Source: Flaccisagitta enflata
Taxonomy: Eukaryota
Assembly: GCA_965153355.1 (NCBI GenBank)
Contig: OZ231126.1
Location: 31,434,001 to 31,498,000 of the forward strand
Length of the DNA stretch: 64,000 nt
Direction of reading: 5' to 3'
Position numbers and translations under genes: made by a program. This document shows positions 56,728-64,000 of the stretch, piece by piece (within the stretch, counting starts at the first letter, position 1; every line of letters starts with the position of its first letter). Under the pieces are notes generated by a model. The model saw only the letters and a program-made list of their open reading frames with translations. It did no database searches and was not told the origin of the DNA.

Positions 56728-57783
56728 ATGGGAGATGATGAGGCACAGTGGCAAGCATTTGTTGCCGAGATGGAAAACAAAGCGCGGGAAATGAATGCAA
56801 GCACGGAATTTAAAGAAAGAATGATGGCACTTATCTCTGCACCTACCCCATCTCAACCAGGATTGCCCACTGGGCCCCCAGGCAACTTGGCAGCAGGTGG
56901 CTCACTGCCCAGCTTAGTGCATACAGGTAGGGTGAGTGAAAGGCAGTCCAGGGCCAACCTGGCAAGCCACAGAACTCACTACAAAAAAGTGCCAAATGAT
57001 ATACCCATTGAAGTTTTTCCATATGGAAAACCAGGTGCCAATTGGAAGGCATATGCTGGTAGATTCCAAAAAGCGCTGAAGAATGTGACAAACGTGGCGA
57101 ATCAGGAGCGGCTGGATGAGCTTAGTCTCTTGTGGATCCAGCTGAAGCTCCCAGAGGAGGCGTTACCTCTCTACAATGGGTGTCCAAGCAAGGACTTGGA
57201 TTGGAACAAGCTTGTGGAAGAATTGGAAGAGGCCTTTGAAGACCCACTCATACGCAGGAATTGGGTCAGAGATCTTGGAGCATACAAGAAACCAGTTGGG
57301 GTGAGTCTGCAAGTCTTGAGTCTGCAAGTCTACAAGGCCAATGTGACTGGATTCGTTGACAAATACAGCCCAGCATTGGCTGACGACCCCAAATCTTATA
57401 AATTGGAGCTCTACAACCGCTTTGTCCATGGGTTGGAACCTGACTGGAGAGACGAGATTGACAGGACAATCCCCTATGACAAGGAAACAATTGAACGAGC
57501 CTACAACATCGCCATTAAGTACGAGCTCAAACTTAAGTCCAAGCAAGAAACCTTCACTAGTGCAGCCATGTATCAGCACAGAGAAAGTTCTTCGGAGAGC
57601 TCAAGTAGCTGGAGCGAGGAAGAAGAAAACTTCAGAGCAGTTCAAGAAGCAGATGAGGACAGTGACGAGGCTGCTGTAAGGGTAAGGACCAAAATCATGG
57701 CAGATGCAATTTCTCAAGCCATTACCGAGGGTATGAATGGTCTCAGAGTCAAACCCAAAAGCTCAGGCAAAAACAAAAAGTAG
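56728..57783 (+). CDS. Intact Ty3/gypsy-type Gag capsid-like protein (351 aa), Arc/PNMA-like architecture
   Basis: Capsid-like motifs F-x-G..W..Y..RF, KLPEEA, WNKLVEELEEAF, YNRFVHGLEP and TIERAYNIA; single exon; no CCHC knuckle; no pol downstream. Confidence 0.8.
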   Translation: MGDDEAQWQAFVAEMENKAREMNASTEFKERMMALISAPTPSQPGLPTGPPGNLAAGGSLPSLVHTGRVSERQSRANLASHRTHYKKVPNDIPIEVFPYGKPGANWKAYAGRFQKALKNVTNVANQERLDELSLLWIQLKLPEEALPLYNGCPSKDLDWNKLVEELEEAFEDPLIRRNWVRDLGAYKKPVGVSLQVLSLQVYKANVTGFVDKYSPALADDPKSYKLELYNRFVHGLEPDWRDEIDRTIPYDKETIERAYNIAIKYELKLKSKQETFTSAAMYQHRESSSESSSSWSEEEENFRAVQEADEDSDEAAVRVRTKIMADAISQAITEGMNGLRVKPKSSGKNKK

Positions 57784-58675
57784 CTCTGGCCCCCGTGATA
57801 AAATTTCTCTTATTCATCGAAAATACATAAATGACCAATTGAATCTGGATTGTTTCTAACTTGTTTGCCCATGGAAGAACTCATTTTCATATCAATGATC
57901 CATTGTTTAGTTGTGGATCCGCGTTGGTGAATGGATGAAATGAATCGTGAGAAGCATTTGTGTGAACAATTGTCTCATCCACTTGTGGCCACAGTGGAAG
58001 AGGCCAGCTCGAACTTGCAGCTTTATCTTGGATTTTAAGACATATCAAGATGAAATCTCCTCAAGGCAGCAATTTTCAAATTATCAGAATTCAAAGGCTC
58101 AATTTATCACTCAAGATGAAGAAGATGATCCCCTTCCCTCAAAATGATAACCTGGGGCTGTCACTTCTGGCGACTCCTCAAGTCTCAAGCAATCATTTGA
58201 GAAGATGGTCTGGTCATTTAAGTTGACCTGGTCAAGACTTGTCCGTTGATCCAGATGATTCGGGGATCACATATGGTGACCTCTCTTTCACTCGTTGGAT
58301 GTGGTATTTATATTTTCTCTCACTCTTATATGTCCAGTTAATTGCTTCAGGCTTTGAATTCCAGTCTCTTAGAATCTTTGAGCTCAAATCTATCCTCCTG
58401 ATCGATCGAACCCCTTTTTTATCCCAGTCATTTTCAATCCATCTGTACATATCTCATCTTAGCTTTGGCTTAGGCTAGTTCTTGATTTCCGTCTCTGTTA
58501 CTCCCTCTTCCTGTTGATGGTACCTTTCTTATCCCGGATGCGTTTGGTTTCTGGTTAAGCCAGATCCTGAACTAAGGCCGTCAGTTCATGATAAAGGCCT
58601 ATTTGCATCATTTAGTGTATTGGAAAGCCCCTAATTGCTTGGACCGTCAGGCGCCTGTCCCTTGATAGAGGTCGA

Positions 58676-58753
<78 letters not shown>

Positions 58754-60919
58754 CGTTGCGTTGCCGCCTTCCGTCGATGAGCGTGTTGCGATACTGACAT
58801 TTCTTCATCTTCATCAATCATCATCGGCGTCTTGATCATCGACATCATCCTTACCTCTTATCATCACGTGCCCTTCGTAACTGACTTTTCTTCACCATCA
58901 TCATGCGATTTAACTGTTCTCAGCGGCGGCGTCGTCGGCAACGTTAGTTTGTATAGTCAGATGATACAAAACTCGCTGTACTCTATTACCTTCGTCAGCA
59001 TCATCGTTGCCTTCTATCTCGCGATACGCAACGCCGTTTCTTGTCCTCCTACCCATAAGCAAAAACTGCTTCCGCTCGCAATCCCCATTTTCATGGACTA
59101 TTCTTCACTATCATCATTATACGACTTAACTCTTTTCAGCGACGTCGTCGTCGTCATTAGTTTGTATAAACAGACAATATCAAACTTGCCGTAATCAATT
59201 CTCCACTACAAGCTGCGTCAGCGTCGTTGTTTTCGTTTTCGCGCTTTCGACATCCTCTCCAGCGATTCCTCCCATTTACCTATCAATGATAAACTGCAAT
59301 TACTTATCTCATCTTTATAACTCAGTTGTCGTGTGTATTCATTATAAGCGTCTTCATTATGATTTGTGCTGTGTTCCATCTACCTGTGCGTTACTTCAAT
59401 GTGCTCATCAGCGTCGATTCACATTCTCGCGTCCTTTGCGGGTGTCGTGCTCAACAATAATGATGCTGGAAGGGACTAGATTAAGTTCATGTCTTCCGTT
59501 TATCGTTATCTTTCACAGGCTGTTTCAAGCTCAGCTCAAGCTCAGGTCTGCAGAGAATAGCATCTTTTATCCGTCTCTTAAGGACTTCGTTTCCAGAGTG
59601 GGCACGGCGCTGTCAAATCCCGACACCTCTGGCGGCAAATCTAACACCAGTTTAAAAGCCGTCTGGCTTTAATTTCGACTGACAATCCAGCCCACGACTC
59701 GGCCGGCAAATCCCAGCCAAAATTCGTTATAACGATTCTGGTGGCAAATCAGTCGCAAATCGGGCGGCAGCTGGTCCTGAACGTGTCACATCTCGACTCT
59801 TCCCTTCTCCAATGATGCAGTAGGAGTGGACGCCAGTGCTGGCGTCTTTTTAACGTGGTTGAGCCATCATGGCGGTTGTGGTTCATGGATAACGTGCAGC
59901 TCCTGAAACTGTCGCCGTCATAAATTTTGATCTGCAGGATGAGAAGTGCAGCACAAAAAGGACTGCTTCCTAGAAAAAGGGAGCCTATGTAAGTTCGTAT
60001 CCCTTCAGGACTATATAGATACAGGATGCAAGCTTAATGACTGTTTACAGCCAGCAGTAGTTTTCTCTAATGGAATTTTATATAATAACAACAAGCCATT
60101 TATTAATGGTTACTCATAAACAGTTTATTATACCTTTGCAAATATCTAAATGGAAGATGTTCTTGGTTATAACCCCATGCATTGTCATTCCTCATTCTGT
60201 TGGGTTCTTCATTGATTAGATTATATTATCACTTCTGTCATCAATCCCAGTTTCATGTGTTTAGTTAGTCTGCCTTGTTGCTGAGATTTACCTAAGAGAC
60301 AGCAACATCTTATAACTAATCCAGCCAGCCTTTCCTCCTGCACTTATTCAGTCATTGATTGTTTGATTGATTGAATGATTGATTAACATCCTGCTTAACA
60401 ACTTATAACCTTTCCGTAAGAAGAGCCCAAAGTGCCGGTAATGATGTGTTAGCTGAAGTAATGATGTTAAGCAGAGGTTTTTACATGCTTTAATCTATAT
60501 CCTGCAATGGAGGAATCGTCTATAGTCTACCACCATTGTAACCCTTCTCTCCCGCATTTAAGATAAGTCAAAAAGGAACAATTAAGTCAATGACAATAAG
60601 ACGTTATGTCAGATGGCTGCTCCAGCAGGATGAGACAGAGATTCAACCATGGGAATCAAGCCGTATCTTATGAAGTCGGTCTAGCGGAATTTTGGTCTGC
60701 TGTGGACGATCCATCCCAGAACGCAATGGGCAAGAAAACTAAAGCTGCCGGCAGGTGCTGTTGGGAGCTGTATTTTCCATGGACATTAAAAATCATTATG
60801 CTGTTATTACTAATATCTTTTATTACCAAGTCATAGAACTTCTAAAATTAATATTACAGATGATTTGAATGATTAGTAAGTCTGGATTAGAGAAACTTAT
60901 ATGAGTCGCTAATAAATGT

Positions 60920-61017
<98 letters not shown>

Positions 61018-61398
61018 TTTTTTCTCTCTGTCTCTGTCTCTTTTTTTCTGTCTCTCTCTCAGTCTATCTCTCTCTCTATCTCTCACGTTCTCTTTTTACT
61101 CTCTGCTATTTTCTTTTTTTCAGTCGCACGCACGCGACTCCTTAAACCGCTATGTTGGTTTGTTGGTCCGTTGGTTTATGACCATTAGTTTTTTTGGTGT
61201 ATTTGAACAGTTTTTGCATGACTGCTCCTGCCCAAATGTATGATTAGCCCTTTTTGGGCATGCAGCTAAGGGCCGTGTCTGTAAGGACACGGGGTGAACC
61301 GTACCGTACGTCTGTCCGCCCCCCAGCCCCTCTCAGGCCCCAAATTAGCCCTCTCAAGCCCAAAATCAGCCCTCTCAGGCCAAAAATCAGTCCTCATC

Positions 61399-61701
<303 letters not shown>

Positions 61702-61702
61702 T

Positions 61703-61978
61703 GTAAACGAAGGTTATTGTTCAGGGTTGTATCGGTGTTAATGCGACAAATGAGGCACAGTGACTACGGACCTGACTCTTGAGGGATCCAGACTTGTAGT
61801 GTCTTGGCTAATTGCCACTGTCCAATGGTGTAGACAAGGCATCCATGCTTGTGCCCATCGCGAATGAATCATGGCAGAATGATTAACTTGCTCAGGCAGC
61901 CAACTCCACATCTGTCTCTTGAAAGGGTTTCCTAACTTATTGACTTCTTATCTTGAAGAGATGGGAGAAAGGATAAGG
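61703..61978 (-). repeat. Interspersed repeat of about 275 bp, copy 2, abutting an (AAC)n tract
   Basis: Reverse complement of 2500-2776 with scattered differences. Confidence 0.75.
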
Positions 61979-61989
61979 TAAGGGTAATT

Positions 61990-64000
61990 CAGCCCGCCAT
62001 TGCCAGCCCGCCATTCATTTGAAAGAAACTAAAAAGAACAATTTGCTAAAAGCTGTTCTGTAGCCCGCCATTGCTAAACCAGCCCGCCATCATTGAGAAA
62101 ACATTCAATTCTTTTCTTGTGAGCCAGCCCGCCATTGCTAAACTGGCCCACCATCATTGAAAATACCTGCGATTCTTTTCTTGTTCCCCAGCCCGCCATT
62201 GCTAAACCAGCCCGCCATTATTACAAATGCATTCAGTTCACTCTTGTAAGCCAGCCCGCCATTGCCAAATTGGCCCACCATCATTACAAATGCATTCAAT
62301 TTTTTTCTTGTGAACCAGCCCGCCATTGCTAACTCAGCCCGCCATCAACACAAATGCACTTCATTCTTTCTTGTCAGCCAGCCCGCCATTGCTAAACCAG
62401 CCCGCCATCATTGAGAAAACATTCAATTCTTTTCTTGTGAGCCAGCCCGCCATTGCTAAACTGGCCCACCATCATTGAAAATACCTGCGATTCTTTTCTT
62501 GTTCCCCAGCCCACCATTGCTAAACCAGCCCGCCTTTATTACAAATGCATTCAGTTCACCCTTGTAAGCCAGCCCGCCATTGCCAAATTGGCCCACCATC
62601 ATTAGAAATGCATTCAATTTTTTTTCTCGTAAACCAGCCCGCCATTGCTAACTCAGCCCGCCATCAACACAAATGCACTTCATTCTTTCTTGCCAGCCAG
62701 CCCGCCATTGCTAAACCAGCCCGCCATCATTGAGAAAACATTCAATTCTTTTCTTGTGAGCCAGCCCGCCATTGCTAAACTGGCCCACCATCATTGAAAA
62801 TACCTGCGATTCTTTTCTTGTTCCCCAGCCCACCATTGCTAAACCAGCCCGCCATTATTACAAATGCATTCAGTTCACTCTTGTAAGCCAGCCCGCCATT
62901 GCCAAATTGGCCCACCATCATTATAAATGCATTCAATTTTTTTCTTGTGAACCAGCCCGCCATTGCTAACTCAGCCCGCCATCAACACAAATGCACTTCA
63001 TTCTCTCTTGTCAGCCAGCCCACCATTACTTAACCAGCCCGCCATCATTGAGAAAACATTCAATTCTTTTCTTGTGAGCCAGCCCGCCATTGCTAAACTG
63101 ACCCACCATCATTGAAAATACCTGCAATTCTTTTCTTGTTCCCCAGCCCGCCATTGCTAAACCAGCCCGCCATTATAACAAATGCATTCAGTTCACTCTT
63201 GTAAGCCAGCCCGCCATTGCTAAATTGGCCCACCATCATTACAAATGCATTCAATTTTTTTCTTCTGAACCAGCCCGCCATTGCTAACTCAGCCGGCCAT
63301 CAACACAAATGCACTTCATTCTTTCTTATCAGCCAGCCCGCCATTGCTAAACCAGCCCGCCATCATTGAAAATACCTGCGATTCTTTTCTTGCGACCCAG
63401 CCCGCCATTGCTAAACTGGCCCACCATCATTGAAAATACCTGCAATTCTTTTCTTGTTCCCCAGCCCGCCATTGCTAAACCAGCCAGCCATCATTGAGAA
63501 TACATTCAAGTCTTTTCTTGTGAGCGAGCCCGCCATTGCTAAACTGGCCAACTTCACTGAAAAGACCTGAGATTCTTTTCTTGTTCCCCAGCCCGCCATT
63601 GGTAACCAGCCCGCCATCATAGAGAATACAATCAATTCTTTTCTTTTGAGCCAGCCCGCCATTGCTAAACCACCCCGCCATCATTGAGAAAGCATTCAAT
63701 TCTTTTCTTGTGAGCCAGCCCGCCATTGCTAAACTGGCCAACCATCATTGAAAATATCTGCAATTCTTTTCATGTGACCCAGCCCGCCATTGCTAAACCA
63801 GCCTGCCATCATTACAAATGCATTCAGTTCACTCTTGTTAGCCAGCCCGCCAATGCCAAATTGGCCCACCATCATTACAAATGCATTTAATTTTTTTCTT
63901 GTGAACCAGCCCGCCATTGCTAACTCAGCCCGCCATAATCACAAATGCACTTCATTCTTTCTTGTCAGCCAGCCCGCCATTGCTAAACCAGCCCGCCATC
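61990..64000 (+). repeat. Satellite of 63-64 bp monomers arranged as a 5-monomer higher-order repeat of about 318 bp; runs off the window
   Basis: Monomers start CCCGCCATTGC; five variants recur in fixed order; matching ORFs recur 637 bp apart. Confidence 0.9.

Noticed and set aside
58159-58180. TGTCAC followed by TGGCGACTC as an LTR edge or tRNA-Arg primer-binding site
   Set aside because: It lies downstream of gag, the match is short, and there is no second copy of the flanking sequence in the window
59520-59935. GC-richer segment with repeated GATTTGCC (DLPxE) on the minus strand and a possible acceptor
   Set aside because: The repeats fall in different frames with stops, and no coherent exon could be built
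55410-60830. Direct repeats at about 55410-55685 and 60423-60830 as LTRs of the Gag ORF
   Set aside because: No TG...CA ends, a large indel and strong divergence beyond the first 30 bp; they look like members of a dispersed repeat family
62064-64000. CRISPR-like repeat-spacer appearance and recurring short ORFs
   Set aside because: The intervening segments are themselves homologous and periodic; this is a eukaryotic satellite and there are no cas genes

Overview
AT-rich, repeat-dense genomic DNA from an animal (spliceosomal GT-AG introns, many MITEs and microsatellites); the species cannot be named from the sequence. I reconstructed three spliced genes by hand, checking intron phases. (1) The 3' part of a 3-beta-hydroxysteroid-dehydrogenase-like extended SDR (+, to 7589). 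(2) A 14-exon OATP/SLCO transporter (+, 18453-47358) whose exon 5 carries a frameshifting 10-bp duplication. (3) A divergent 7-TM GPCR-like gene nested antisense in SLCO intron 4 (-, 27432-33262), with intact 3' exons but a 5' part broken by a transposon insertion and frameshifts. A solitary intact 351-aa Ty3/gypsy-type capsid (Gag) ORF (56728-57783) has no pol, no zinc knuckle and no matching LTR pair in the window, so it is an Arc/PNMA-like domestication candidate. At six exon-intron junctions the splice site plus part of the exon is tandemly copied into the intron, creating decoy splice sites. Also present: a Penelope GIY-YIG remnant with a minimal hammerhead-like motif, a MITE family carrying a tRNA-like module with a UCA anticodon, Helentron/DINE-like elements, and a higher-order satellite at the right end. 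All family assignments come from motif recognition, not database searches.
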